Positions 1-13,624 of a DNA stretch of 64,000 bases are shown in pieces. How positions within the stretch are numbered: the stretch's first letter is position 1; the number at the start of each line of letters is the position of its first letter. The stretch spans positions 32,428,001 to 32,492,000 of the forward strand of contig CM052817.1 in NCBI GenBank assembly GCA_028534125.1, read 5' to 3'. Source of the DNA: Lama glama (Eukaryota). The notes below the pieces were generated by a model. That model saw nothing but the letters and a program-made list of their open reading frames with translations. It did not search any database and had not been told where the DNA came from. A program made the translations under genes and the position numbers.

Positions 1-717
1 TACATTTGTCTTATGGCTCCTGGAAGCAGGTGCCCCAGTCTCTCAAGCACAATTACTCAGTAAGCTGAATAACTCTTCCTCTGATATGTAGGTCACTCTA
101 CCTCCATTTTACCTTCTTAAAATAAAAGGTCTTTCAAAACTGATTTAGCCAAGATCCTAGAGTGAATTTGGAAAAATTCCTGAGCTCTTACTTTGCATCT
201 GTGCCTGATTTTTTGATCCCAGTTCTTCCAGATGGCAATATTTGTCCTTCTTTCAGGCAAAATTCAAGACTCCTTGCTTTCTCTCCTTTTTTCCCTTCAA
301 TGGAACAATGACCCTGCACTGAATACTGTACAGATGTCTTTACTTCCACTATTTTTAATCATCCCAACAGTCCTATTATAGCTGCATGGAGTGCAAAGAG
401 TTGCAGTTACTTGCTCAAAATCACATAGCTAATAGGTGGCTTTTCACTATATGGAGAGAAAAACGACAACAGAAACACTGATAGCATGAGAATCATGGAC
501 TTTTTCCACTTGGAATGGGGCGTAGAATGTTTAATGTAAGGTATCAGCTTGCAGATGTTTGAGAAATTGCTTAGAAATGGCTGGGTTCTAGTGTTTTCAT
601 TTCTCCTGACAGGGAAGCATATAAAATTGTTTGCTGGTAACAATCTTGTGGAAAATTCATGTGACCTGAAGACATTGAGCAGAGGAGGACCTGAAACTCT
701 CCTCTGAGCACTGAGTC

Positions 718-1576
718 AGTCTGGATTCAATCAGAGAAGCAGACCTACACGCATGTGTATGTGTATGTAGATACCGTAAATACCTCCTATTTGTGTATCA
801 GAGGTCTCTTCCTGTCTTATGCTTGAGCTGTTTCTGTGTCTGATCATGAGCTTGAAGTTCACAGGGCATGCAGGCTGGGCAGGGGAGATGGACATCAGGT
901 GGGAGAGAGCAAGGACAAGCTGGAACCCATGCAGACTGACTAGAACTCAAGTTAGTTCTTGTTGTTTCCAGTGTTGCTGATGTGGTATCTTGTAGGAGAA
1001 GCCAGCACCCTGCATCAAGGAGCTAAACACACAACTGGTCCAGGAGGGGAAAAAGCTGAAGGAGGATCCAGGGGAAGGGAGGTCAGTTGCATAGCTGGCT
1101 GCTGCCTGATTAAAGGCTATTACTGGGTGTATCTCTGAGGATGTTTCTGGAAGAGATTAGCATTTGAATTGGTGGTGAAGCAGATGGCCCTCCCCAGTAT
1201 GACTTTATACAGTCCATTGAGGGCCTGAATAGAACAAAATGATTGAGGAAGGGAGGGTTTGCTCTGTCTGCCTGACTGCTGAAGCTGGACATTGGCCTCA
1301 TCCTGTCCTCAAGGATCCTGGTTCTCAAGCCTTCGGACTCATACTGGAATCTACACTATCAGCTTTCTAGCTCTCAGACCTTCAAACTACACTGCTGGCC
1401 TCCCTGGGTCTCTAGCTTGCAGATGGCAGATCATGGGCCTTCTCAGCCTCCATGATCGTGTGAATCAATACCTTCTAATCAATCAACAGACAAACAATTA
1501 TTTATTCATTCATTCATTCATTCATATATGCATTTCCTATTTGTTCCATTTCTCTGGAAAATCCTGACTAATACAG
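718..1576. mobile_element. ERVL LTR fragments (MLT2-like)
   Basis: ctgggtgtatctctgaggatgtttctggaagagattagcatttgaatt ... ttctctggaaaatcctgactaataca is typical MLT2 sequence. Confidence 0.75.
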
Positions 1577-2914
1577 TTTCTGTCTTGTTGCCTAATGGTG
1601 GATCCTGGCTATCAGCCTGGTCTGTTTGGATGGCTCCTTCACTCGCACTGTCTAGCTATTTCACTATTCCTGGACTCAGATCATCCTTAACCCCATATTT
1701 TAGGCTCATAGATCAGTGCTGTCCTTCCTTGCACTTAGACCAATAAGCTATAACCCCAGGTGGGACCACACCCAGACTTCCCATTCTAGGAGGAGAACTC
1801 AGGCATCAAGCTGGACTTGGAACTTTTGAAGGACTACTGAAGAGTCAGTTTTGGGGTAGTGAAGAAGGTGGGTGCAGAGTGGGCAAAGGTTGTTTTTAGG
1901 AGGCCTTGATGGAATCCTCCAACTTCAAGAGTCAATAATTACGCAGTGGAGTCAGGAATGATGACTGGGCGGCCCCTGTGGGCAGATAGCTGGGATTATG
2001 AGAGAAAAGGCACTAAGAGTGATGGCAGAAAGAAAAACAAGACACTTATTTCTAGAGAAGTGGATTAGATTTTGTTCTCTTTCAGGGATAAGATAATAGG
2101 AAGGGACTTTAGTTATGTAACTCAGACTCAGGAAGGAGCTAGAATTTCAATCATGCCCTGGTGTGTGAAGTCTTTCTATGTTTTCCTTGAGAGGTGGTTA
2201 AGAAGTCATTCTACCAGGGACAGAGAACTTGCTTAATATTTGATTTTTGAGGCGCTCTAATTCTAAGCAGATTCCTTTATGTATTATAGCACATCCATCC
2301 TCTCAGTTATTGTTAATTTTCTTAGGTGTGGATCATAGTGGTGTGGTTATGCAGGAGAATGCCCTTATTACTGGAGATGCATTTTAAAAACACGGGTGAA
2401 GTATTTTGATATCTGCAACAAACTTTAAAATGGCTCAGGAAAAAGGCATATATGTTTATATACAGTAGATAAAACAAATATAACAAAAAGTTAATTGTTG
2501 AATGGAGTAAGTATAGAGGTGTTCATTTTATTATTCCTTCAACTTTCTCTGTGTTTGAAGTAATAAAGGACTAGGGTGAATGTCAGCCTTCCAGTAATTT
2601 CTGTCACTAGTCCTTGTCATCTCCTCTGGACCAACATGGAACAGATTTAGTCCCCTTTTCTTGTGACACCCCTTTAAATGTCAGAAAATACTTTACACAA
2701 AGGAGGTACTCTACATGTGTAACTCTTATAATGAGCACCTAACCACTCTGAGGCCGCAGGTGGCCCCCAGAACTTCTCTGTTGAAAAGTGGGGCAATGGA
2801 ATTTATGATGAATGTGATGGGGAAAGAGCCACAACATCTGGACAACAGTTTATAGCAAAAGTTGGTAGAACCCAGGGACTCTTTGGATACATGACGATTA
2901 GTCATGGTGGTGGC

Positions 2915-3205
2915 TACTTGCATGGACTCTGGAGACAGATTGCCTGGGAGTGTGGTCCCCAGATCTATCACTCATAAGCTTCAAGACCTTGGGCAGATTA
3001 CTAACTTATCTGTGCCTCATTTCCCTCACCAGGAAACTGGGGAATAGAAGCAGAATCTTCTACTGACTACTGATAATAATGAATGTTAATATTGATAATA
3101 CTAATAACCTCCTTTGGCTATTGTATAAAGTTAACACATTGAGATATGCTTAAGTACTTAAAATAAGGGCTGGCACCGGCAGCTCTCAATAAATGTTAGC
3201 TATTA
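2915..3205 (+). mobile_element. MIR SINE
   Basis: ggactctggagacagattgcctggg...gaccttgggcagattactaacttatctgtgcctc...ctcaataaatgttagctattatt. Confidence 0.75.
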
Positions 3206-4591
3206 TTATTTTTAAAATTTTTATTTTTATTTTGTTCTCAATTTATTTAGGGCTTTTCCGTTCTTTTTGTCATGAAGTTAACCAATTCAACAAATGTTTA
3301 CCGAACTCCTGCTACTTTATGTATCTGGTGGTGGAGGTCCACAGAGAAATGAGATTTTGTTATGCCCTGAAGGAGGTTACAGGCAGTAAATAGGACCTAA
3401 CGCCTGCGGCCTTCAGGCTGGAGGGGAGGGGGGCATTGGACTTCCGTTAAGGACAAGTTCAGTCCTTCATGTTCATCATCTCTTTCTGGAGGTTTAAGAA
3501 CTCCTGGATGCAGACCACTGCACTTGCCTTGGAAAAGAATCAAGCGCTCCCTCAAACTAAAGATAATGGCATGGAGAGGTAATATTTTTGAATGTTTTCC
3601 TTGAAGACAAAGAGAGTTAACTTCAGCCTGATCTACCTGATAAAACCTAAGGAATGAGTATAATTCATGTTTGCTTTCTCAAGTTCCCATATTTTACAGA
3701 TTAGTTTTAAAGGTAAATAAAATCATGTCTATTCAGGAGAAACAGATAAAAGCAAAATTAATGTGAGCCAAAGCATATCAAACTAAGTCTGGTGCAGACA
3801 AGGGACTGTTTCAGAGAAAAGTATTCGGTTTTGCAGACCAGCGTTCTTTTGACAAGTGTTCGTGGTTTGTAAATGAAATAGCTTAAGTCATGGATCACAG
3901 CAGCAATAAAACATGCCTAAACTTCAAGTTGTTTCATACATTTTTAATGCCCCCCCCCCTTTTTGGTCTCTTTAAGGGAGCTAAGTGAGTGAGACCAAAT
4001 AATTTTAGTAAGAAGAGGATCTGAGTCGCTTGAGACATGCTAGAAGGCATCCTGATTGTTGGTATAACAGATTTCCATCTTCAGCAATGATAAAGCAAAA
4101 ACTAAACTGGAGCGGGTGCAGGGAGTGGGGAAAGGGGCAGCAGGACCACAGGTTAGGATGTTTCCTGACTTTGGCTTTTTGTTGTGTGTGCTTAGCTGGT
4201 GGTTGTTTCCATTCTTTTGTGCCCTCATCAGTTGGTGATTGCTTCCTTTGTGCAGAATGGCTTCCAACATTTGAAAGAAGGTCACAAGAGGTCCTATCGA
4301 GTTCTCCCGGACTTTTTAAAAGTGAAAAATATTTGAACTGACCTAGTAGCTGTTGCATAAACATGGGAATATATACACAAATTAACTTATTTGTTATGGT
4401 TTTATTCTTTAAGGAAAATAGGTGGTGTTCATTTTCCAATCCTCTTTGTCCCAAGATGCTAACACCGTCTTACAGCTGACTTTCCTGAAAAGGCATTTGT
4501 CCTAAACCAAAGGTCAGATGAGATCCTTTAATTGGAAGTTCCAGAGAGTTTCTATACACAGGTCAATTCTGTGGCAGTTTAACTGGTTTAG

Positions 4592-4843
4592 GAAGAGCTG
4601 TTGAGTGCTGACTATTTTTACAGTTTTCTTTCTTTGCCTGATTCCTCTGAGCCTTGGAAGTATCAACTGAAGGAATAACTTGTAAAACTACTTTAGATTA
4701 GGGGGTCATTGTCTGTAGATCTTGTGTTTTATGTAGTTGAACATTCAGGAACAAGAAATCACAGTATGTTGCTGATTCTCATCCTTATCAAATTAGAGGG
4801 AACATATTCTTCACTTAGAAATACAGTATATTGGGTCTTTTAT
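4592..4843 (+). pseudogene. Exon remnant: N-terminal RGS22/RGSL1 signature
   Basis: ggtttAG acceptor at 4590-91. 4592-4675 reads EELLSADYFYSFLSLPDSSEPWKYQLKE then TAA. Recalled RGS22 has DYFNEFLSLPTFSEA and RGSL1 has DFFNTFLSLPVF. Candidate donor G|gtaagc at 4843/4844. Confidence 0.75.
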
Positions 4844-5133
4844 GGTAAGCTGAAAAGCTTTATCTTATCCTTAACTTCCTGTTTGTGAGCTGTGAATACT
4901 TTCAACACTTGGGTGGTGGAGTCATGAAACCACAAAAGTTTAAGAGGTAGCATATGGTAGGGAATCTATTCTGCACCCAAGAACTTAAAGTTTTATATGA
5001 ATAGGTGTGTGGGAAATGAAAATTCTCCATTGTGAGCCATTGTGGCAGTGGACATTGCCCAGATTGCATTCAGTAGTAAGACTATTAGCTCACACCTATT
5101 TAGCAACATCTAGAGAATCCTGTTTCTTGAAAG

Positions 5134-5570
5134 AATGAATTATAATGCCATTTGCAGTAACATGGATGAAGGTAGAGATTATCATAGTAAATGAAGTTAA
5201 GTCAGAAAGAGAAAGACAAATATCACATGATATCACTTACATGTGGAATCTAAAAAAATGAGACAAATGAACTTATTTACAAAACAGAAACAGATTCACA
5301 GACATAGAAAACAAACTTATGGTTACCAAAGGGGAAATGGGCAGTGGATAAATTAGAAATTCGGGATTAGCAGATACAAACTACTGTGTATACAATAGAT
5401 AAATCACAAGGCCCTATGGTATAGCACAGGGAACTATAGTTAATATCTTGCAATAACCTATAATGACAAAGAGTATGAGTAATATATGACTGAATCACTA
5501 TGCTGTACGTTAGAAATGAACACAACATTGTAAATCAACTATACCTCAATAAAAATAATAATAAAAAAAG
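5134..5570 (+). mobile_element. L1 3' end (ORF2 tail, 3'UTR, polyA)
   Basis: aatgccatttgcagtaacatggatg...aaatcaactatacctcaataaaaa. Confidence 0.9.
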
Positions 5571-6638
5571 AATTAAAATGTAGATCAGGTGTTGTTGTTG
5601 TCCCATTTTATTCATTCAGATAAAAGTTGTTGGCCATTGTCTGAGTCCCACGCACTTTCCAGGGACTATTTTACTCCTTTATGTTTTGCATGGGCCATGG
5701 TGTCTCTTCTTTGCCTTTCTAACCCTTGCCTGTTCTGCAAGCACCACTTCCTCAATGACACTCCCCTGACTCTTCCTATGTGAGTTGCATGGCCTCTCCT
5801 AGGCTTCCCTTGAGCTCCATGCAGCCCTCAAACACAGTCCTAGATCATATTTGCTGACTTCTTTGTAGCTGCACCCCCAGCTCCCAATAGACTGCAAGAT
5901 CCACGAGGCAGGGTCTGTGTTCTATCCAGGTTTGTAACCCCAGCACTTGGCACAGGGTCTGGCATATGGTAGAAGCCCACTGAATAGTTGGTGAATGAAC
6001 CCAAGCCTGCGTCCTGCCTTCTCCACCCTTGGCTAAGTCTGAAGAAAGATGAACTAGATTGGAGGCTTTACTGCATAATTAAATTACCCTGTCAAAATAA
6101 TTTTTAATGCGGAAAGGAAATTCAGAGATCAGCTACAGGAAATTGAGGACTAGAGAGGTGAAGAGAGTTGGCCAAGGTCATGCAGCTGTTTAGTGGCAAA
6201 CTGGGACTGAGGCCCGGGCCTCCTGCTGGCTAGGCCTAGCCCAAATATGGGAAAGGTTAGTTGCTTTTTCCTCTTAAAAATGACCCTGGAATCCAGGCAA
6301 AACGACTTAGTAACCTAAAAATGCTAATGAGGAGACAACAAATTAAAACTACTTACAGGAATGAATCTAACAGCAATTATTCAAAACACCCTGGGAATGC
6401 TGAGAGGCGGTGGCTGCGATGGGCTCAAGGCTGAGTTCTGACGGGGTCATTGGCCTGCAAGCCAGTGTTTGCTGGTCAAATTCTTAGTGAGGGTAGATGT
6501 CTGAATAGGCCAAATTTAGCAACCCTCTCCGACACAGATTTGGGTTGAAAGATACATGTCAAGTTCAAAGGAGCTAGTCAATGTGTTTATGTCCCTAAGT
6601 GCATCCAACAGGGGATCAGAAATGTTTCTCATTTTCAG

Positions 6639-6735
6639 TGTTCAGCCATGATGGATGTAAAGAACAAGACGGTTTCTCTTTTCTATCTGTGATTTCAGAA
6701 ACCAATTCGCCTATTTCCAGAACAAGCCCCATAAA
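6639..6735 (+). pseudogene. Exon remnant: second N-terminal family motif
   Basis: ttctcattttcAG acceptor at 6637-38. Reads WM*RTRRFLFSICDFRNQF, with the same W/R/F/D/E-Q/Y-F spacing as recalled RGS22 WIKKERLPAFLESDCYFEY. 3' end uncertain. Confidence 0.55.
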
Positions 6736-6921
6736 GAGAAAAAAAAAAAAAGACTTTTGGATGAAGTCAGAGTTGACTGCTGAGTGGTTGAGCATTGGAA
6801 AGTCTCCATGAATACGTAGCAGAAAGATGGCAGACTTGTATCAGTGATCCTGAATTGACTTGCACATGTGTTTTGTTTGGATGGTTTGGTTTTTTTTTTT
6901 CTCTTGTGGATATGGCTTTTA

Positions 6922-7478
6922 ATTTTTTTTAACATTTTTTATTGATTTATAATCATTTTACAATGTTGTGTCAAATTCCAGTGTTCAGCACAATTTTTCA
7001 GTCATACGTGGACATGTACACACTCATTGTCACATTTTTTTCTCTGTGAGCTACCATAACATTTTGTGCATATTTCCCTGTGCTATACAGTGTAATCTTG
7101 TTTATCTATTCTACAATTTTGAAATCCTAGTCTATCCCTTCCCACCCTCCACCCCCCCTGGCAACCACAAGTCTATATTCTCTGTCTGTGAGTCTATTTC
7201 TGTCCTGTATTTATGCTTTGTTTTTGTTTGTTTGTTTGTTTGTTTTTCTTTTTGTTTTTTAGATTCCACATATGAGCGATCTCATATGGTATTTTTCTTT
7301 CTCTTTCTGGCATACTTCACTTAGAATGACATTCTCCAGGAGCAACCATGTTGCTGCAAATGGCATTATGTTGTCAGTTTTTATGGCTGAGTAGTACTCC
7401 ATTGTATAAATATACCACATCTTCTTTATCCAGTCACCTGTTGATGGACATTTAGGCTGTTTCCATGTTTTGGCTATA
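6922..7478 (-). mobile_element. Young lineage-specific L1 3' end
   Basis: Poly-T, then tacaatgttgtgtcaaattccagtg...gatggacatttaggctgtttccatg; closely similar to the copy at 36152-36650. Confidence 0.9.
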
Positions 7479-7481
7479 GGA

Positions 7482-7610
7482 CCTTAGCATGCACCAGGTC
7501 CTGGGTTCAATCCCAGTACTTCCATTAAAATAAACAAATAAATAAATAAACCTAACTACCTCCCCCACCAAATTATTTTTAAAAAGAAGAAAAAATAAAA
7601 ATAAAAACAA
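7482..7610 (+). mobile_element. 5'-truncated camelid-type tRNA-derived SINE
   Basis: cttagcatgcaccaggtcctgggttcaatcccagtacttcc...aaataaacctaactacctccccc followed by an A tail. Confidence 0.85.
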
Positions 7611-7696
7611 GGAGATAGCACATGTAAAGAATTCTGGATCTCTACTTTCCTTTAGAAAGTGAGAAAACATTGGGTAACAGTAACATTGGATGCACT

Positions 7697-8050
7697 TGTA
7701 TATTAAGTTTCCTGTGGCAGCCTTAACAAATTAATGCAACCTAGGCGGCTTAAAACAGAAACCTATTGTCTCGGAGTTCTGGAGGCCAGAAGTTCAAAAT
7801 CAAGGTGTTAGCAAGGCCCCTTTCCCCCTAAGAGTTCTAGGGAGAATGCTTCCCGACCTCTCTCAGCTTCTGGGGGCTGCAGGCTTTCCTTGGCTTGTGG
7901 CTGCATCACTGTAAACTCTGCTTCTCTCTTCACATCACTGTCTCCTCTTTGTGTCAAAATTCCCTCTGCCTCACTCTAACAGGAACCCTTATTGTTGGAT
8001 TTACAGCCCACCCAGATAATCCAAGATGCTCTCATCTCAAGACACCAAAT
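7697..8050 (-). mobile_element. MaLR LTR (MLT1-like)
   Basis: ggcttaaaacagaa...gttctggaggccagaagttcaaaatcaaggtgttagcaagg. Confidence 0.8.
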
Positions 8051-8530
8051 GTTTAGTTGGTCTCCTTAAAGAGAGCTCAGTATCAGTCTGGTTCCTGGTA
8101 GGTCGGGTACCCATCAGTAGCAGTAACTACATCAGCTTTGGTGAAAAGAAACTCACAATCTTAGGCACATGCATGGCCTTCATCCCTGCTACCCTGACTA
8201 CTCCGTGATGCTGGAGAAAGCCCTCAGACTAAAAAGCAGAGAGAGATGGTGCTTGCGGTATGCAGCTGTCAGTGTGCTAGTCACTAGTCCCCTGTAGCTG
8301 AAGGTGAACTCAGAGATGGACCAAGGTGACGTGGGGTCAGCAGCTACACATGTACCTTAGGATGCATAGCTGAGGGCTGCCCTTCCTAAGAACACTTGTC
8401 TGGTTAGGGCCCCCCCTTTCTTCTTTGAACTGTTCCTTTTCTAGGAATTCTTATGTATACTTACATTTTAGAGACGGTTTACTCTCAGAGAAGTCTCTTT
8501 CTCTCTTGTCTCTCTCTATATACATACGAA

Positions 8531-8872
8531 GTTGGCCCTCTGTATCTGTAGGTTCCACATTCATGGATTCTACCAACCTCAGATTGAAAATATTAAAAAA
8601 AAAAAACCACTTCAGAAAGGTCCAAAAAGTAAGACTTGAATTTGCCACACTCTGATAACTGATGGCACTGACATTGTATTTACAACTATTTTCATAGCAT
8701 TTACATTCTATTAGGTATTGTAGGTAATCTAGAGAGGATTTAAAGTATATAGAAGGATGTATGTAAGTTACATGCAAATACTGTGTCATTTAACGTAAGG
8801 GACTTGAGTATCCTTGGATTTCGGTATTTGCAGGGGACCCAAAACCAATCCTCCACAGTATCGAGGGATGAC

Positions 8873-8873
<1 letters not shown>
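8531..8873. mobile_element. MER2 (TcMar-Tigger) DNA transposon
   Basis: Degenerate terminal inverted repeats gttggccctctgtatctgtagg / cacagtatcgagggatgactg around a MER2-like core. Confidence 0.8.

Positions 8874-8874
<1 letters not shown>

Positions 8875-8908
<34 letters not shown>
8875..8908. repeat. (GA)n microsatellite
   Basis: Uninterrupted GA run. Confidence 0.95.
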
Positions 8909-8912
<4 letters not shown>

Positions 8913-9331
8913 ATTTATATTTTTTAATATTTATATGTGTATATCTATATTATATATGTGTATGTGAGTAGAAAATCAAAACACCATAATATTAAAAATA
9001 ACCATGCCTTCATGACCAAAATATAGGTGACTTTTTTCCATATTTTTATTTTTGGATACTCTTATAATTTTTACCTATAAAATATATCATTTCTATAATC
9101 AAAAGTGAACAGTTACTTTAAAATTCCACCTTTGCATTTCAAATATAAATTTTGGATCCTTTCACCCTCAGTTTGCCCAATATCTTCAGTTGCTTGGAAA
9201 AGGGGGATTTATTGCCACAAAACAGCTTTTCAAGTAGACATGAGAAGTGAATGAAGAGTTATTGAACATGCAGAAGACAGACACAAGGTCACACTATTCC
9301 TCACAGTCTGATACTGTGTAGTTTCTTTTAG

Positions 9332-9410
9332 AGTAGATTTCAGAATGGAGAGAGACGTACCGTAGTGGCAGGTATTAGAATATTTACTATGAATAAATCT
9401 GGGAGGTCCT
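9332..9410 (+). pseudogene. Possible exon remnant
   Basis: tttcttttAG ... CT|gtgagt; reads ISEWRETYRSGRY*NIYYE*IWEVL. Good splice sites, weak homology. Confidence 0.3.
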
Positions 9411-10469
9411 GTGAGTTAGAAATGTAATTACTCAAAAATTTTTGCAGGAAAAGACCGCTGTTCCAAGTGAGTTGAAAAGGAGGCTTAATCTTTTTGTTTT
9501 ACTTTGTCTTTGGAATTGAATCTAAGCACAGTTTTAGTCTTCAGTGAAAAAAATGTATTTAACATACATGTATATATTATATTTATTATATCATATATTA
9601 AATATATTTTAATTCTTGAGATAACTATATTTTGTTCTAAATCCAAAATTTGATTATCTTGCACTTTTGAACTTTAATTTTATTTTATTTTTTAACATTT
9701 TTTGTTGATTTATAATAATTTTACAATGTTGTGTCAAATTCCAGTGTAGAGCCCGAACTTTTATTTTATTAATTTATTTTTGCTTCAGTTTCCCTTACAA
9801 ATTTAGAAAAAATATGGATAGTGCAAATTCATGAAAATCAGAATTAATAGTTGAAACTCTGTTAGTACATTTGAATTTAAACATCCCCCAAATTAATAAT
9901 ACTCTGCTTAAAAGGATGTCTAATATAACAAGCTAATAAAATAAGCTATAAATGACATATTTTGTGCAGGTAAATGTATCATGCTATTTTGACTTTGAAA
10001 ATGCTTAGAGGCAGTGTTTAGAGTCATTTTTTAAAAACCTGCCTATTGGCACTATTAATTTGCTTAGTAGAAAAAGAAAGCACCAGTTTTCATAGAAACA
10101 GTGCTGGAATGGACTCAGGAGGCCAGCAAACCCCTCCATTTTACAGCTGATACAGATGCCTAGAACTGAAGTGATCTGTCCAGGCTGACAGTTAATGGAC
10201 AGCAGGTTTGTTACTACATCTGCTACTAGAGTGGCATGCTAGTATCACTTCATTTCAGGCAAAGTGAAAGAAAAATAAACATTTAGGAGCATCTACTATG
10301 GGCTCTTACATATATTTTCCAAGATAATCCTTGCAGAAATCTTCTGAAATGGAAACCACACTGCTTAGGAAGGTCACATATCTTGTCCAAGGTCACATGG
10401 CTGGCTGAAATTGGAGCTGAGATTCCAAACCAGGGCTATCTCAATGACACTTAAGAAATTATTAATTGG

Positions 10470-11930
10470 AGGAGAAGTACTTCCAGAATGGTGGTGGAAT
10501 AAGGACCTCCAAAAATCCACTCCTCAATAAAAGCAACAAAAATGACAGTAAAATTTTTCAAAAGTAACCTTTTCAGTACTCTGTAAATTAATTAAAAGTT
10601 TGCATAAATCCAAGGAGAATTTATTCAAGAAAAATGACTGTATCTTGATAAGGACAGCATAGTTTGTGGCACTTTAACTATTCCTATCTCATCCTCCTCT
10701 CCCCAGCTTCATGGTAGCCTTGAATACAGACAGCCTCGCAATCCCAGCAGCTGTGAAAACCAATAGCCTCCCAGCCCCTAAGAGTGCAAATGGATTCGGA
10801 GCTCCCCTAAAACCCCATTTCCAGAGTTATCATGATTTGACCTGTCTTGCAGCTCTCTGAAAACCTCATTTACAGAGCTGGTCTTTATTTAACTTGACTC
10901 AGACCTTACTCAGTGGGAAATCTATTTTCCCAGTATGTTTGTTGTAAATAATCAGTGGCAATCGTGTAGCACCACAATTGCTGGAGGCAGTGGTACCAGG
11001 TGGGGATTTCCAAAGGGAAACTTGAAGAATGAGAGGTCTACAGGGGTCTTTGAAAAGCTCCAACATATTACCGGGAATCTAGAAGGCCACCCACATGTGC
11101 ATGACCAGAAAAGAGAAGGCTCTAATTTCTAGCCCCTGGTTGACCTTGAGGCTCTGTATAAGCAAGTAGTAAAGGCTCAGGCAGAATTGCAAACTGCCAC
11201 AGTGCTGAAGACATGCCACGACACACACACAGAACCCCTCGGAAAAGAGTGGGAAACATACTGGTTTAAGGCATTTAAAGAAATCTCTGTAATCGTTGGC
11301 TGACCACTAAGCCAACCAAGAAGGTACTTCAGTGGCTGCAAGTAAAAATAATATAGATTTGACAGAACTAGTCAGGAAATCGAATAAGCAAACAAATAGT
11401 AATGATGACAAAGAACAGCAACAATAGCAATCCCCGGAGAGGAGGACAATCTTATTTTGGGGATTGCCACGTTATATTATTTAAAATAGCCAGTGTCAAT
11501 ACCTGCAAAGAAACAGGAAATTATGGCCCATACAAAGGAGAAAAAGAAGTCAACAGAAACTGTCCCTTAAGAAGTCCAACTGTTGGACTTTAAATCAGCT
11601 ATTATAAATATGTGCGAAGAACTAAAGGAAACAATGTCTAAAGAATTAAAGGAAAACATGAATGCAAAGACCGCATATTGTATGACTCCATTTGTAGCAA
11701 ATGTCCAAGATAGGCAGATCCATAGAGATGGAAAGCAGCTTAGTGGCTGCCGGGGCTTGAAAGTAAGGGGTGGGGGTGGGGGGGATGGGGAGTGACTGCT
11801 AACGAGTCTGGATTTCTTTCTGGGATGACAAAAGTGTTCTTATAATTAGGTAGCAATAGTGGTGAAAATACTAACTCTGTGAATATACTAAAAACCACTG
11901 AATTGTACACGTAAAAAGGGTGATTTTTAT
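10470..11930 (+). mobile_element. Old L1M fragments (5' region joined to an L1MB/MC-like 3' end)
   Basis: acttccagaatgg...ggactttaaatcagctattataaatatg...gaactaaaggaaac, then tattgtatgactccattt...aaaaaccactgaattgtacac. Confidence 0.7.
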
Positions 11931-13624
11931 CTGGGCATGGTTTTACATGCTAAAACCATGTAATCTGTCATGGCTGATTACATGGTTGATTACAAATTAC
12001 ATGGCTGTAATTTGCCTAATTGCTGAACTGCTAAGTTGATCATATAAAATCATTGAAGCATATAAGTGCTATCAAGGACTCAAAGTATTCCAGTGTTTGT
12101 TTTAAAAAAATGTATTAATATTTTTCTGAATGCCCCCACCATCTCTTGCTTTATATCTGATCTATTCACTTTTTAAACATATTTTCTTATATTTTTCAGA
12201 TTTATGAGGATTCTGTTCTGTTTCTCATCTATAGAGCTAACATTTAGTTGGATCTTCTCAGGCAAATTCTCCAGGCAAAGTGACCTTCTCTTCATTGCGC
12301 CTTCCACATCCTCACAATCCTACAGCCTCTTAGAAACCTACTCCATCCCAGTTCGGCATCTCCCAGCAGTATCTGTACAAATGAATTTATAAATTGATGT
12401 TTGGGCCTAGAGTAAACTTAAAGAGATGCCAAAGGCACTTGGTTGGATTAAAATCATGGCATTAGCAAGAAGTAATTTTCCTAAAGAATTCAGACTTGAT
12501 TGATAAGGCTTCCAGACTTGGAAGGGAGATCTTTTTTGCTCTAGGAAATGGCTGTGTGGTGATGAGCCAGCATGAGACTCGCACGATTAAGGTAACTTAC
12601 AGTAAAATTTAGGTCGGAAAAAACCCACAGGTTTTTCTAACCTCCACTCCTCATCCTGGAAAATTTTGTTGAAATTAAATGGGGTCTAGTAAACACTAAA
12701 CACTTTATAGGGAAAACAGATTTTTCAAGTAAATAGAAGACAGTCTACAGTTTTATAAAAATGTATCATTTGAATTCTACTATTTATTTTAGTCCAAAGA
12801 AAGTTTCAGAATGTCCCACCAGATTTAAGGAGAATTATACTAGTTAGAATATGGAAGACTAATATTTTAGATGGAATTTTTATAAATATCTATTGGAGGT
12901 TTTGAAAAGGAAAAGGAATGTAATCTCTTATGATCACACACATTAAGGAGACAAACAATGGAAGGGAGCCAAGTAGTGCTAAGGACCCAAGGTAATGATC
13001 ACCACCATGGGACATACACCTGGGTGTGAAAGAACAATGCTGGGATCAGATCCATCCACCCTGGGCCACAGCTGGACCCTCCAACATAACCAAGCTTGTG
13101 GCTGTACTGATGTGTGGCCAAACGGCCATGGAAACTCACATTCTGAGCATGGCTGTTTTACAAGCTCATTAAGTTTGGAGGGAAAGCCTTCTTCCTCTCC
13201 CTTGAACTATCAGTCTTGTTGCCCAATACGATGTGTCTTGTTCAGCTTTGGAGATAATGGTTTACAGACCTCAAGTAGCACCTCAAGAAAGTTTCAACAT
13301 CAAAGGCACTTCTGTGGGGACTTTAAAATGTAACCTGAGGAAGAATATTCAACACTGCAAACAGGTTTATGTGTTACTACTGTCAGTATGTTAACATGGT
13401 GATATCTATGTAAGGTATTTTAGAATTTATGAAGAATTTTGACGGACCTAATTTGACTTAATTCACACAAAAGGTGTGAGATAATCAGGGCAGGTATTTT
13501 TGTCTTCATTTTCACACATAGGAAAACTGTGGCTCAGAGGAATTGAACTTCCTCCTTGTCATTAGTGGAATTGAGGCCTGAACCCTGGGCTCTTGACTCC
13601 AATCTCATAACATTTTTGCAAAAC

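Noticed and set aside
4254..4341. Acceptor-led EWLPTF.../LPDFLK segment
   Set aside because: Superficially RGS22-like but out of order relative to the stronger 4592 and 6639 hits; not assigned.
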